DNA of 64,000 nt. Origin: Eledone cirrhosa. Lineage: Eukaryota. Within the stretch, counting starts at the first letter, position 1; every line of letters starts with the position of its first letter. This document shows, piece by piece, positions 1 through 12,463 of the stretch. Position numbers and translations under genes: made by a program. The DNA lies in contig OZ024749.1 of NCBI GenBank assembly GCA_964016885.1, positions 28,954,001 to 29,018,000 of the forward strand, read 5' to 3'. The notes beneath the pieces are model-generated. The model saw nothing but the letters and a program-made list of their open reading frames with translations, was not told the origin of the DNA and made no database searches.

Positions 1-134
1 GTTGAGCCACGTTTTTTAATAGTATATGCTTACCTGTATTTGCATAAAAAATTATTCCCTTAATTTTCTATGAAGTTGGGTGGGAGGGCATATCTGTTTC
101 ATATACATCCTGTTCGCAGCGTTATTTCTTTTAT

Positions 135-485
135 GGAGGCACATGGCTTAGTGGTTAGAGCATTGGCCTTGCAATCGAAAGGTTGTGAGTTCAATTCTCA
201 GACCGGGTGATGTGTTGTTTCCTTGAGCAAGACACTTTATTTCACATTGCTCCAGTTTACTCAGCTGTAGAAATGAGATGATAGGACTGGGGTCCCTATC
301 ATTCCACTGCAAAGTGGTTGTGGAGGTGCCACGGCAAAAAAGCACCCAGCACTCACTGTAAATGAGGTTGGTGTTAGGAAGGGCATCCAGCTGTAGAAAT
401 CAAGCCAGAATCAGTTCCCGTCCAACCCTTGCAAGCAGGGAAAAAGCGGACGTAAAAATGAAATGATGAAATGATGATGAATGAT
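135..485 (+). mobile_element. tRNA-derived SINE (family 1), full length
   Basis: Pol III A box TGGCTTAGTGG, B box GAGTTCAATTC, central ccttgagcaagacacttt, 3' ggaagggcatccagctgtagaaa and an (ATG)n tail. Near-identical copy at 8025-8345. Confidence 0.85.
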
Positions 486-492
486 ACATGTT

Positions 493-523
<31 letters not shown>

Positions 524-867
524 ATCTGTGTATATATATATATATGTATGTATATACGTGTGTGTGTGTGCGCATATAAGTATGTGTGTATATATATATA
601 TATGTGTGTGTGGGTGTGTGTATATATATATATATATATACATATAGACCTCATACACTTGTATATAAATATATAACAAGTTATAAAAGAAGAGGAGGGG
701 GCCACACCCATAACTGATAATATTGCAATATTTGCAACAGATACAAAATTACATAGCCATCATGGGCCCATCAAAATGGACATACAGTTTTAACCCCTAC
801 AAACAATACTGCTGGTCCATCTGGGATCAACTTTGTCCTTGTAGTATTTAGACAAAAACCAAACCAA

Positions 868-1630
868 ACTTGCTGGGCATTACAGTCAGCAGCGATTTGC
901 GTTGGACGAAGCACGTCTCTAAAATTGTCAAGAGAGCCGAGGGTGTCTTAGCATCACTCAGCAAGACCTTTGTCAGCCGCTCTCCAGATATCTATTTAAG
1001 GCTGTACATGGCTATGGTGCGACCACACTTAGAATTTGCATCACCAGTCTGGAACCCCTATCTTGCTCAGAACATTGACCTCCTGGAAACTGTTCAGAGA
1101 TGTGCAACCAAGCGAATACCCTCCATCAGGCATCTACAATACTCTGAGCGCCTTGCTTCCCTGGGCATGGATACATTGAAGCTCCGACGCCTGGCAACTG
1201 ACTTGGTAAACACCCACAAAATTGTTAACCATGATGCCAACAACAACCCTGAGTACCTTTTTGATTTCCATGTGTCTAACACACGTGGACATGCCCACAA
1301 AGTAAGAAAACAGCACAGTCCACAAAGTAAGAAAACAGCACAGTCCACAAAGTAAGAAAACAGCACAGTTCCCATGACTTTCGGAAACATTTTTTCACGC
1401 TCAGAGTTGCTGAAGCATGGAACAAACTACCTGCATCAGTTGTTAGCTGTCGAGACACTGCATCCTTTAAGGCCTCCATGCTTCCCGAGATCCGCCAACA
1501 CTACAGCTAACACATACACACATGTACTTCCCTGACATTTGTGTATTATTCTATGTACTATACATACACCTTTGACGAGTTGTAGTGCACCTGAGCACTT
1601 TACACAATAATTTCATTATTATTATTATTA
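868..1630 (+). mobile_element. 5'-truncated CR1-clade LINE (RT C-terminal region + 3'UTR)
   Basis: ORF LGITVSSDLRWTKHV..VRPHLEFASPVWNPY..LETVQR.ATK.I..YSERL..L..RRL..DL..TRGH..K, followed by FF..RV..WN.LP, typical of the CR1 ORF2 end. Ends in (ATT)n. Confidence 0.9.
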
Positions 1631-1722
1631 TAGAATTAAATGTACAACGTTTAAGTCGTGCAATATGTGATGAAGGGGGCCAGTTAGAAAGTGATGTACA
1701 AAGAGGAAAATGTGTGTGTGTA

Positions 1723-1754
<32 letters not shown>

Positions 1755-1755
<1 letters not shown>

Positions 1756-2178
1756 GTAGGAGGTGAGTTTTATTGTAGTACAATAAAGCAATGCAGATAT
1801 CGGATAAGAAGCACTCTACAGTTTGTAGGACTGGAGTATACATAATATATAAGATCAAAAGATGGTTAAATGAGTTCCATGTATTTTATTATGCGCATTT
1901 CAAAAACAAATATCATCATGCAATAACATTTGTGTTTTCATCAGATAAAATAGGAGGACATGATATGAAGGTTAAAAAACACTTGTGGATAGTGCAGTTT
2001 TAAATCAACATATGATTTAAAACTGCACTATCCACAAGTGTTTTTTAACCTTCATATCATGTCCTCCTATTTTATCTGATGAAAACACAAATGTTATTGC
2101 ATGATGATATTTGTTTTTGAAATGCGCATAATAAAATACATGGAACTCATTTAACCATCTTTTGATCTTATATATTAT
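1755..2178. mobile_element. Fold-back PLE-like element family A (inverted pseudo-LTR), in (TA)n
   Basis: Near-perfect ~165-bp inverted arms (1842-2007 / 2013-2178) plus an unpaired ~87-bp tail (1755-1841). Each arm holds a hammerhead motif. Related copy at 13835-14105. Confidence 0.75.
2068..2138 (+). ncRNA. Type I minimal hammerhead ribozyme (family A); mirror copy on - strand 1882-1952
   Basis: tattttat-CTGATGA-aaacacaaatgttatt..gatgatatttgttttt-GAAA-tgcgca-TA-ataaaata: 8-bp stem I, long stem II, palindromic stem III (ATGCGCAT), AUA cleavage triplet. Confidence 0.8.
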
Positions 2179-2297
2179 ATATATATATATGTATGTCTGT
2201 AAATACATGTGTGTATATATATATACATATATCTATATACATATATGTACATATATACACATATATATATATGTGTGTGTGTGTGTGTGTATATATG

Positions 2298-2328
<31 letters not shown>

Positions 2329-2686
2329 TCGCATGTCTATAGTTATCTTAGTGTGAATTGTGATTATGATCTTTTCATAAATGCTGAAAATTTCATTATC
2401 ATCATCACCTTCATTTAACGTCCATTTTCCATGCTAGCGTAGGTAAGACGGGGTGTCCCTTTGTGAGAGGTCAGGTCGGGGGACCATGATTCACTCACAC
2501 AGAACTGATTATACCCTTCTTAATGCCAACCATATTTATGATTAATATGATGCCATCATGAAACTCTGACTACCGACAAAAACATACACTTAGTTGTTAT
2601 GCATTTTAAGTAATATGATATATTATAAGTTTCTCGCTCTCTTTCTCTATATATCTGTAACAATAAAACCATGTTTTCTCTTCCAG

Positions 2687-2762
2687 TATACAGACACTCA
2701 GTTGTACAATCAACTCTGTTATTACAAAACTATTTTTGAAACTGAATCTTCCAATACATCAG
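2687..2762 (+). CDS. POLA1: DNA polymerase alpha catalytic subunit, penultimate coding exon
   Basis: Polypyrimidine+ttccAG acceptor (2681-2686). Translates YTDTQLYNQLCYYKTIFETESSNTS, which resembles the POLA1 C-terminal segment YSDKSLYTQLCFYRYIFD (recalled). Donor G|GTAATT at 2763, phase 1. Confidence 0.85.
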
Positions 2763-3264
2763 GTAATTTAACATTTCTTTCTCTCTATCTATCTCCCTTT
2801 CTTTGTCTTTCTCTCTGTCTTTTTCTGTCTCTCTCACTCTCTCTTTCTGTCTTTCTCTTTCTCACTGTCTTTCGCTCCTTCTTTTGCTCTCTGTCTCTTT
2901 TTCTTTCTTCCTCTTTCTTTCTGTCTTTCTCACTCTCTTTCTCTCTATCTGTCTATCAGTGTATGTATATAAAGATCAGCATTTAACGTCAGTTCTCCCT
3001 GCTAACAAGGTTTGGACAGGTCATTTCAGACCAAGTCAGTACTTAAATCACAGTTACTGACCTGTTTGACACACCTGGGACTCACTTCTTGTTTATATAT
3101 TGCTGCACCCTACTGAGTGAACTGGGTCCATTTTATTGTAGCACCTGCACTAGAGAGGTTGTCTTGTCTTTAACACAGCTGAATAGTCCTCTCAACTCTT
3201 TGTTTGGAAAGTTTTCTATAGCTGGATACACTTCTTACCATTAACCACATTACAGAGTGTACTG

Positions 3265-3587
3265 TAATATTGGGATGTTGGGATATAATCACATATTGTT
3301 GGTGCTGGAATACTGGGATGGTGGAATATAGTCACATATTTTTGTTACTGGAATACTGGGAAGGTGGAATATAGTCACATATTGTTGGTACTGGAATACT
3401 GGGATGGTGGAATATAGTCACATATTGTTGGTACTGGAATACTGGGATGGTGGAATATAGTCACATATTGTTGGTACTGGAATACTGGGATGGTGGAATA
3501 TAGTCATATATTGTTGGTACTGGAATACTGGGATGGTGGGATATAGTCACATATTGTTGGTACTGGAATACTGGGATGGTGGGATAT
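3265..3587. repeat. 43-bp minisatellite, ~7.5 copies, in last POLA1 intron
   Basis: Unit ggaatactgggatggtggaatatagtcacatattgttggtact; period 43 seen directly. Confidence 0.95.
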
Positions 3588-3771
3588 AAAAAAAAAACAC
3601 CATTAATATTGTAATAAGGGCTGGAAATTTCAAAACACTAATTCTTATTACTAGCATTTGACAGGACTTAGGAAGTTTTGTATGAAATAATTAAAATAAT
3701 TTATAATTAATGAATGAATTAATATAATCAACAATGCTAAAGTTGACGTGTTATTTATTGTTTTGTTCCAG

Positions 3772-3893
3772 ATATGGCCTTCACTACAGACTGGACATCT
3801 CTACATAGGATTCTTCACAAAACTGTCCAAAATTATTTGTCTAAGAATGCCTATTCTGTGGTCAGCCTCACCAAGATTTTCAGACAAAACTGA
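3772..3893 (+). CDS. POLA1: DNA polymerase alpha catalytic subunit, last coding exon
   Basis: Acceptor ttttgttccAG (ends 3771); phase 1 matches the previous exon (G+AT=Asp). Translates DMAFTTDWTSLHRILHKTVQNYLSKNAYSVVSLTKIFRQN-TGA, like the POLA1 terminus ..EQFLSRSGYSEVNLSKLF. Upstream exons lie outside the window. Confidence 0.85.
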
Positions 3894-3995
3894 ATATTTC
3901 TTACTCACATCTCACCACCATTATATGATTGCCTCCATTACATTTTTGAAGAGGTACTTTGCCTCCATAAATATGTACAAAAAGACACACATACA

Positions 3996-4026
<31 letters not shown>

Positions 4027-4863
4027 CACCCACATTTCACATCCATTATATTATTGACTTCATTACATTATTGAAGAGGTACTTTGCTTGTTGTCAGGCT
4101 CCATAAATACATACAAACTTATATATTAACAAATATATTATAAAATTTGATACTACAACAAAGACATAACATGGAGAAACACAGATGTGCGTGTTTTGTT
4201 GAGCCTACTCGACTTATTTAACAGGCAGTATTTCAATGTATATATACATACATACATACTTACATACATTCATACACATACATAAGTATACATTCATATA
4301 CATACATATATGCATATATATCCACCTTTTTTGTTTGAATATAATAGTCTGTAAATATTCACATAATTAATATACATATATGTATATACATAATCATATA
4401 TACACACACACACACACATGTTTATTTTTTTAATATAATATTCTGTAAATATTCACAATGGAAATATTGTTTTCTTGGTCCGATCTGCCGAGTTCCACCT
4501 CACTCGGTCAGCTAATGAGGTCTGGGATCTTGTCGATTCAGATCATAAAAATAATATATATATTATATATCTGAGTAGAAAGAAATGTGACAGTAACTTC
4601 GAAGTTTCATCTTGTTCGCTTCATTCAGTTACGCTTTGAATGTTTTAAATACTTTGGTATTTTATATACCCAGTTATTTTAATAAATATATATATATATA
4701 TATATATCACTCCAAATGAACATTTTACATGCACTCTCTCTCACATATATATATATATATATATACATACACACACACACATACATACATAACTTCAAAT
4801 AAACGTTTTACATGCACCCACAACACACACATATATGTATGTATGTGTATATATATATATGTA

Positions 4864-4902
<39 letters not shown>

Positions 4903-5229
4903 TTATATATATATATATAAATATAAGGATGAAATATATATATATATGATATTTCATCCTTTCAAAACTGTATTCAATTGTTTATCCCATTGTTATTTTT
5001 TAAATATTAAATGACAGAAAATATTGTTTTTAACAGTTTTGCTTTCCTCCATTTTTTTATTCATTTACTCAAACCTTCTTCCACTCCACTTGCTCAATTT
5101 TAGAACGTTTCACATCTCAACATGCCTTATAGCAGTTTCTAAATATTTGTTTTATATTCTACTACTTAAATATCAATCATCATTTTAACACCTTTTCTAT
5201 GTGTGTGTGTATTTATATATATATATATA

Positions 5230-5807
5230 GAGAGAGAAAAATTGAGGTTGGTAATGGCACATGGAATATATAAGAGACAGAATACTTTTTTGTGAAAAAA
5301 CATAATTTTATAAGGTAAGGAAATAATAAAGGGTATAAAAAATGACCGGTTTCGATGGGTCTGCAAAAGCCATCTTTTCAAATGTTGATTAATATTAAGA
5401 AAAATTAATAATAAGAAGAGTTAAAATTTGAGATTTGAAAATTCAAGTATAATTCAAGAAAATTCAAGTATAATTCACTACCAAAAAGGCACACAGCAGT
5501 CAACTTGCTGCTACCAAGATGAAAACTACTATGAAATCCCACAATGAATTTTATACTTGAATTTTCAAATCTCAAATTTTAACTCTTCTTATTATTAATT
5601 TTTCTTAATATTAATCAACATTTGAAAAGATGGCTTTTGCAGACCCATCGAAACCGGTCATTTTTTATACCCTTTATTATTTCCTTACCTTATAAAATTA
5701 TATGTTTTTTCACAAAAAAATATTCTGTCTCTTATATATTCCATGTGCCATTACCAACCTCAATTTTTCTCTATAACCTTCGTTTTGTGTAGAAAATTAC
5801 ACTTTTC
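5230..5807. mobile_element. Fold-back PLE-like element with degenerate hammerhead
   Basis: ~230-bp inverted arms around a ~65-bp spacer (5478-5544) and a short tail, flanked by (TA)n. The right arm has ttgaaaa-gatgg..ccatc-GAAA-CCGG-TC (5622-5659). Confidence 0.65.
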
Positions 5808-5819
5808 ATATATATATAT

Positions 5820-6000
5820 ATCATCATCATCATCATCATCAACGTTTAACGTCCGTGTTCCACGCTTGCATGGGTTTGGACGGGGGTAGTCCCACTTGAG
5901 GCAAGAGTGATTGTCTTGCTCGCATAGGACTGTCTGGCAGGTTTTCTACAGTTGGATGCCCTTCCTAACACCAACCACATTTACAGTGTGGGTCTGGGAG
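5820..6000 (-). mobile_element. SINE/LINE 3' tail fragment related to SINE family 1
   Basis: (CAT)n, then tttaacgtccg..ttccacgcttgcatggg and ttttctacagttggatgcccttcctaacaccaacc, the reverse complement of the family-1 tail. Similar remnants occur at ~2398-2540 and ~6935-6970. Confidence 0.6.
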
Positions 6001-6251
6001 GTTTTTACCGTGTTGCCTACACGGCCACATTACAGCGTGGACTGTGTGTTTTTTTGTCGTGACACCTACACGATCTCATTTGTTTCGGCCCGGATGGCGC
6101 GGCACCAACATAACTTTACATAGGACGGGGTGGTGTGGATGGGGTGGGGGTGGTGGTGGTGGGACGGGGTGTATTTTGTTAGAGATGCCTACTGGCAAGG
6201 CGGGTCTTCTCTGTTACTGAGTACCGCCAAAGGTCTCGGTCCAGTGACATT

Positions 6252-6282
<31 letters not shown>

Positions 6283-6669
6283 ATATGTGTGTTCGACCTC
6301 TGTCAGCTCCCACAGCAAAGGGTACCACTGGTTTGAACAACAGAACATCCTGCTCATGAAATTTATGTGCAAGTGGTTGGATATTCCTCAGACTTATGGA
6401 CTTTTAGCATAGTTCTTAGTGACATGTGGCTGAGTATTCCACAGACTTGTGTAACTTTAATGTATGGTGATCAGCTGAAAAGATGAGACACTGACGAAGA
6501 TACTCTCATGGAATGACCAAACGTGGTTTATTTTTCAATAGTGCCTGGAAATAAACAATGCAGTTATTAATAAGAAGAGCTGAATTTAATGCATGCAAGA
6601 TTTCTAGCAACACTCCTTCATTGTCAGCCTCTGAACTATTCAGCCTACCCTCATGGTACTCGGGGACAA

Positions 6670-6885
6670 GTAGCTCAGTATTCCCCAGACAAGTTTACCT
6701 TTAACGTTGTTCTCAGGGAGATTCAGCACGACGATGTAGTCAGTAGTTTGTGACAAAGCTGTATCTTTAAATTTATATAGAATACAATACATATTTCACT
6801 GGAGCAACATAAAATAATGTTATGTTCAAGGGACACAACTCATGGCTTTACTATTGAGAGCTGAACACTTTAACCATTAAGCCAC
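6670..6885 (-). mobile_element. Degraded tRNA-derived SINE
   Basis: The minus strand begins gtggcttaatggttaaagtgttcagc (A-box-like) followed by gttgtgtcccttgaac; internal B-box region deleted. Confidence 0.45.
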
Positions 6886-7037
6886 ATCACGTTTATCTTT
6901 TCTACACACATACATTAGCAGTCCCTTCCCTCCTCGTCATCATTTATTCGTCCATTTTTCCATGTTTGGGTGATGCATGTCCTCTCCAGTATAACATATC
7001 ACCAATTGACGTGTTCCTTTGTCTCCTCTGTCAGGTT

Positions 7038-7443
7038 CAATGTTTAGGGATCAGCTCTCTCCACTTCTGTCCAGGTATCCTTGGTCTTCCTTCCACTGGG
7101 GACTCCTGACAGTGTTTAGAGATCAGCTCTCACCACTTCTGTCCAAGTATTCCTTGGTCTTCCTTCCACTGGGGACTCCTGACAGTGTTTAGAGATCAGC
7201 TCTCACCACTTCTGTCCAAGTATTCCTTGGTCTTCCTTCCACTGGGGACTCCTGACAGTGTTTAGAGATCAGCTCTCACCACTTCTGTCCAGGTATCCTT
7301 GGTCTTCCTTCCACTGGGGACTCCTGACAGTGTTTAGAGTTCAGCTCTCACCACTTCTGTCCAAGTATTCCTCTACTGCAGCCATCTTCCACTGGGGACT
7401 CCTGACACTGTTTAGAGATCAGCTCTCACCACTTCTGTCCAGC
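7038..7443. repeat. 72-73-bp minisatellite, ~5.5 copies
   Basis: Unit gtgtttagagatcagctctcaccacttctgtccaagtattccttggtcttccttccactggggactcctgaca. Confidence 0.95.
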
Positions 7444-7482
7444 TCTCTTTTCGGCTATCTATATTGCATCTTCCTTTTACTT

Positions 7483-7765
7483 GGAGGTGCGCGGCTTAGT
7501 GGTAAAGATGTTGGACTTACAATCATAATGTCATGGGTTTGATTCCAGGACTGGGTTGTGTGTTGTGTTCTTGAGCAAAACACTTCATTTCAGGCTACTC
7601 CAGTATGCTCAGCTGAAAATGAGAATCAGCAGTAGCTGGAGGTTTAACCCCATGATGGATTGGTGTCCTGCCCAGGGGGAGTCTTCTACTCTCAGTCACT
7701 TAATGCTAGGGAAACTGGGATAAACATCAGTCTGATGAGAAGGTCTTTAGACTTCTACTTGGAAC
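7483..7765 (+). mobile_element. tRNA-derived SINE (family-1-related head, different tail)
   Basis: A box cggcttagtgg, B-box-like gggtttgattcc, central ttcttgagcaaaacactt. Confidence 0.7.
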
Positions 7766-8024
7766 TTCTGTAAAGTCTTTACCCAATCATCATCATCATC
7801 ATAATTTCTACACATTACATGTCGATACCAGCAACAAACTTCATTTCTCTGTATTACATCTGATCCCTCTTATTCCCAGTTTTTCTCTTAACCCATCTGT
7901 GCTTCATCATTCAAGCAAACTAATATTGCACGTGTGTCTATGTACGTATGTATGTATACTCACATTCATACACACACATATACACATGTATTTACATGCA
8001 CACACACTCACCTATATACACACA

Positions 8025-8345
8025 TAGCATTGGCCTTGCAATCGAAAGGTTGTGAGTTCAATTCTCAGACCGGGTGATGTGTTGTTTCCTTGAGCAAGAC
8101 ACTTTATTTCACATTGCTCCAGTTTACTCAGCTGTAGAAATGAGATGATAGGGACTGGGGTCCCTATCATTCCACTGTAAAGTGGACGTGTAGGCGTCAC
8201 GGAAAAAAAAGCACCCAGCACTCACTGTAAATGAGGTTGGTGTTAGGAAGGGCATCCAGCTGTAGAAATCAAGCCAGAATCAGTTCCCGTCCCACCCTTG
8301 CAAGCAGGAAAAAGTGGACGTAAAATGATGAAATGATGATATAAT
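8025..8345 (+). mobile_element. tRNA-derived SINE family 1, lacking first ~25 nt
   Basis: Nearly identical to 158-485. Confidence 0.85.
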
Positions 8346-8479
8346 GACGAGGTTATAGGAAATATATTTGCTATAATCCCGTTTGCTCACAATTACTCAC
8401 TCAATGAGATATGGTTTAAATGTACCAGCAAGCTAATCTGTCTCAGAGTGCTAACAAAATGTATACTTGTAATATGGCA

Positions 8480-8525
<46 letters not shown>

Positions 8526-10547
8526 AATGTATTTTATACAAAATAATTTAACAAAATAAAATATTTATTTTCCTTCATATCATGTTTTGTTATATTCTGT
8601 GTAATCTGTAACGATGTCTGTGGTGTCTTATGTTGGAGTGGTTATCATCTAACTGTGGTGGTAGTAGTGGTTACCATCTAGCTGTGGTGGTGGTAGTGGT
8701 AACCATCTAGCTGTGGTGGTAGTGGTAACCATCTAGCTATAGTGGTGGTGACGGCAATAATGTGTACACTGTATTTTAAGATACAGTTTTACAACTGTAA
8801 GCTTATTGTCTCATTCAATGAGTGGGTCATGGCTGGAAATCACTGAAATAAATTCGGTGACTTTCGTATACTATGTATACAAATTTATATAACACTGTGA
8901 TCCTTTAAAGTTCAGTAATGTACTTCTTTCTGGAGGTCTGTGTCCTAGTTGAGGAGTGGTCTTGTTCGAACAACTAGAACACTCATCGTTGGATTTGGTA
9001 ACTGACGGAGTCACAGCGCATACATACATGCATACAACTCAAAACATCCACATCCACACATACAATAATATCCATACCTGCACACGCACACACACACATG
9101 CATGCATGCAGACATGCATACATATGTACCAAGTTGATGTGCAAATTCCGATGAGAGAGTCTTGTATCTATGTTAGAAACCGACTCTCTTTCTATTGGCA
9201 AAATTATGTGAAATTATAAAACCAGAACATACATACATACCATCAGAACTGACGGAGGTCCAACACACGCAAATCCACACACACAATCAGAACTGACCTG
9301 GGGCTAAACAACAACAACAACAACCAGCAGGCTAATGTCCCCTCTTCAATGGTATTTGTGTATGTAAAGTGGAGGACATTTTAAAGTCGATATCGTCTGT
9401 TTGAAACTATTGAGAGGAATGTCCGACAAACTCGATAATCCTGTCCCTCCTCCCTCCCTCCTTCTTTTGTACTATTAACTTTTCTGCACTTGGGTTATAT
9501 TTTATCGACTTTTGACTGTTGCTGGCAGACGGATTCCTTCGTTTGGGATACCTTTACCTCCTTGACACCGCCACCAGCTCTTGGAATTCACCCATCCCCT
9601 CCCTGGGTCGCCCACGCAGCCTCGCCACAGCCACCACCAACTCTTGAGACCCCGCTCCTCGCCACAGCCAACAGCTCCTGGATCCCCCCCCCCCCGCCTC
9701 GCTGCCGCTAACTTCTACTCCCCCTCTTCTCTCTTCATCACCGTCAACGCCTGCGACACCACCACCACCCCTGCCGCCAGCTTCTGTGTCCACCCTTCCT
9801 CACCACCGCCGCCGCTAGCTCCTGAGACACCCTTCCTCTCTTCGTGCCTTCGTCCCCGCCAGCTCCATCCCTCTTCGCCCCCCGCCACCATCAGCTCCTA
9901 TGCGCACCCTTCATCACCACCACCAGTTTTTATGCCCCCCCCCCCCTCCCCCCTCATCGCCATCGCCACCAACACCACCAGTTCCTATGTCCCGCCTCAT
10001 CATTACACCACCACCACCACCACCAGCTCTTATACCCCCTTCGTCGCCACCGCCACCTAAATATTTACCTCTGCAATTTTAAATTAAATTTCGAAAGGAG
10101 AGGAGAGTGAGGGGACGACAGTGAATGTATAAAACCACATAAAATCAAACATCTAGAAACTTCTGTTATTTATTGTCTTTGTCTTGTCTGCTGTCCAGTC
10201 ACCTTGACCAGTGTGAATAAAGCCACTATTAGAATGTTCCACTGGATATCTTTTTATAGGTTATCGATCGGTCGACTAAAAACAATGTGGCCAGATCGAT
10301 TTTATGAAAACTAATCACAAAATTTTGAAAAATAAAATAAATAAAAACAGCAAATAGCAGAAAATTGAGATTTTTTTATAGTAAATCATATATATATATA
10401 TATATATATGGACTGGAATCGAATTCTGTTGATCGATTGGTTATTGATTAGGCGAAACCCGCTGATGAAGCCACGTGCGCCGATTGTGCATTGTTTCATA
10501 ATAAATGCAGGCAGTGGATGCTGTGCACTCTATTGCTGCATTATTAA

Positions 10548-11432
10548 GTGTGGCCGATGGATTGGCAGTATCGGTAGAGGGTCGGACGCCATGCTTTCCA
10601 GCATAGTTACGTCCCTTTACGATCTGAGTTCAAATCCCGCCGAGGTTGACTTTGCCTTTCATCCTTACGAGGTCGATAAAATAAAGTACCAGTAATGCAC
10701 TGGGTAATTGCTGGCCTTGTGCCTAAAGTAGAAACAATTATTAAGTGTGGCCGAAACTCGAGTACGGTTGTAGATTAAAGGTACCCATTTACGTGTGTTG
10801 TGTTGAAGCGAATAACTATGTGTCTACTCTAGGATTTTACATAACATCACCTATTGAGTACGCTGAGATGCAACCAATGCCAGCAGTGAAACCCATGCTA
10901 GACCCGTCAACTTATTATTATTATGGGGTCGATAAAATAAAGTACCAGTAATATACTGGGGTAATTACTGGCCTTGTGCCAAAAGTAGAAACAATTATTA
11001 TTTAAGGCAGTGGATTGGCAGTATCGGTAGAGAGTCGGACACCATGCTTTGCAGCATAGAATTACAGCCCTTTACGTTCTGAGTTCAAATCCCGCCGAGG
11101 TTAATTTTGCCTTTCATCCTTACGGGGTCGATAAAATAAAGCACCAGTAATGTACTGGGGTCGATTTAATCGATTTTCCCCTCCCCCAAAATTGCTGGCC
11201 TTGTGCCTATATAAGAAACCATTATTAGCGGTGAATTGGCAGTATCGGTAGAGGGTCGGACGCTATGCTTTGACGCACAGAGTTACGGCCCTTGCTATTC
11301 TGAGTTCGAATCCCGCCGAGGTTAACTTAGCCTTTCATCCTTACGGGGTCGATAAAATAAAGTACCAGTAATGCACTGGGTGATTGCTGGCCTTGTGCAA
11401 AAAAGTAGAAACAATTATTATTATTATTATTA
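10548..11432 (+). mobile_element. Tandem cluster of tRNA-derived SINE family 2 (Deu/Nin-like central domain): 10548-10742, partial 10925-11002, 11006-11226, 11228-11432
   Basis: Repeated ttggcagtatcggtagagggtcggac..gagttcaaatcccgccgagg..gcctttcatccttacggggtcgataaaataaagtaccag..ggccttgtgc..tagaaacaattatta. Confidence 0.85.
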
Positions 11433-12280
11433 TGACGAAGTCAAACTGACCAGTCTGTACCGGAGGACTTTTGAGCCGGGGACGATGGACAATTTCCAGA
11501 AATCCCTCGCTTGGCAGTGCTACCGGGGGCCACTGCCGGTTCGGGATAAACTCTACAGGCACGGAAGTGCTGTCAGACGGACCTGCCCAAGATGCGCACA
11601 GAACGACGAAACCGTTCTGCACGCACTTGTCCAATGTCCGTGCATTACTGACTTGTGGAGTTATGTCGAACAGCTACTGTCACGTGTGGAACGAATCCGG
11701 CTATCGGCCGAGTCCATAGTGAAGATTGACCCACCGCCTTCCTTAGGTCAGGAAGAGCAGGAAATTTTCCTGTCTGGTGGCAGTTGCGAAAGAGGTTATA
11801 TGGTGGACCAGGTTAAAAGGACTGAAGACAAACACTTTTCTCTTCGGCCAATCCCTCATCAACTTCTTCAAGTTTCACCTGGAAAGGAAGGTGAGGGTGG
11901 AGAGAGAAGTGCTTCCCCCCAGTACATTTGCTAAAAGGTGGATGAATGTGGCGAGAATGGCCCGTGTGAATGGGCCTACTCTAACCATGCGCCTATAGGC
12001 TAGCTAACTTGAGGAGAGGGGTGCTCTCCCTGGGTGCCCTAGAAGCACAGGGTGGTTCAGGATTGGTGGGGTACCCGAGTCACCCCAGAGTCGTCCACCC
12101 CCTATCGGGGAATTTATTTTGTTATATTTATGCATAGTTTATTTTATATTTTTATATCTTCATTGTTAAATTAGTCTTGCCATTGTGCACTTTTACTCGA
12201 CCTTATTGTAAACCCCACTGTCCCTGTCTTTGTATTGGCCCCTACATGTCGGCCCTTGTGGCTAAGAAATGAAATCATTA
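11433..12280 (+). mobile_element. 5'-truncated L1/Tx1-clade LINE (zf-RVT end + 3'UTR), frameshifted
   Basis: W..YRGPLPVRDKLYRHG..CPRCAQNDETVLHALVQCP..LW (CCHC zinc knuckle of L1/Tx1 ORF2). Continues in another frame as AVAKEVIWWTR..ERKVRVER..FAKRW. Confidence 0.85.
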
Positions 12281-12301
12281 TTTTTTTTTTTTTTATATAT
12301 G

Positions 12302-12341
<40 letters not shown>

Positions 12342-12406
12342 TTACTATAAAAAAATCTCAATTTTTTACTAATTGCTATTTTTATATTTTATCTTTCAAA
12401 ATCTTG

Positions 12407-12460
<54 letters not shown>

Positions 12461-12463
<3 letters not shown>

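Noticed and set aside
135-210. tRNA gene
   Set aside because: It has A/B boxes but no complete cloverleaf and is fused to a repeated body, so it is a SINE head.
3748-4074. Track ORF MLFIVLFQIWPSLQ...
   Set aside because: Wrong frame; the real exon is the phase-1 POLA1 frame ending at 3893.
4505-4552. ctaatga-hairpin-ataaaa hammerhead-like motif
   Set aside because: Both core halves are defective and there is no stem III, so it is indistinguishable from chance.
9490-10110. Pro/His-rich ORFs in a GC-rich patch
   Set aside because: C-rich low-complexity sequence with several overlapping open frames and no recognisable domain.
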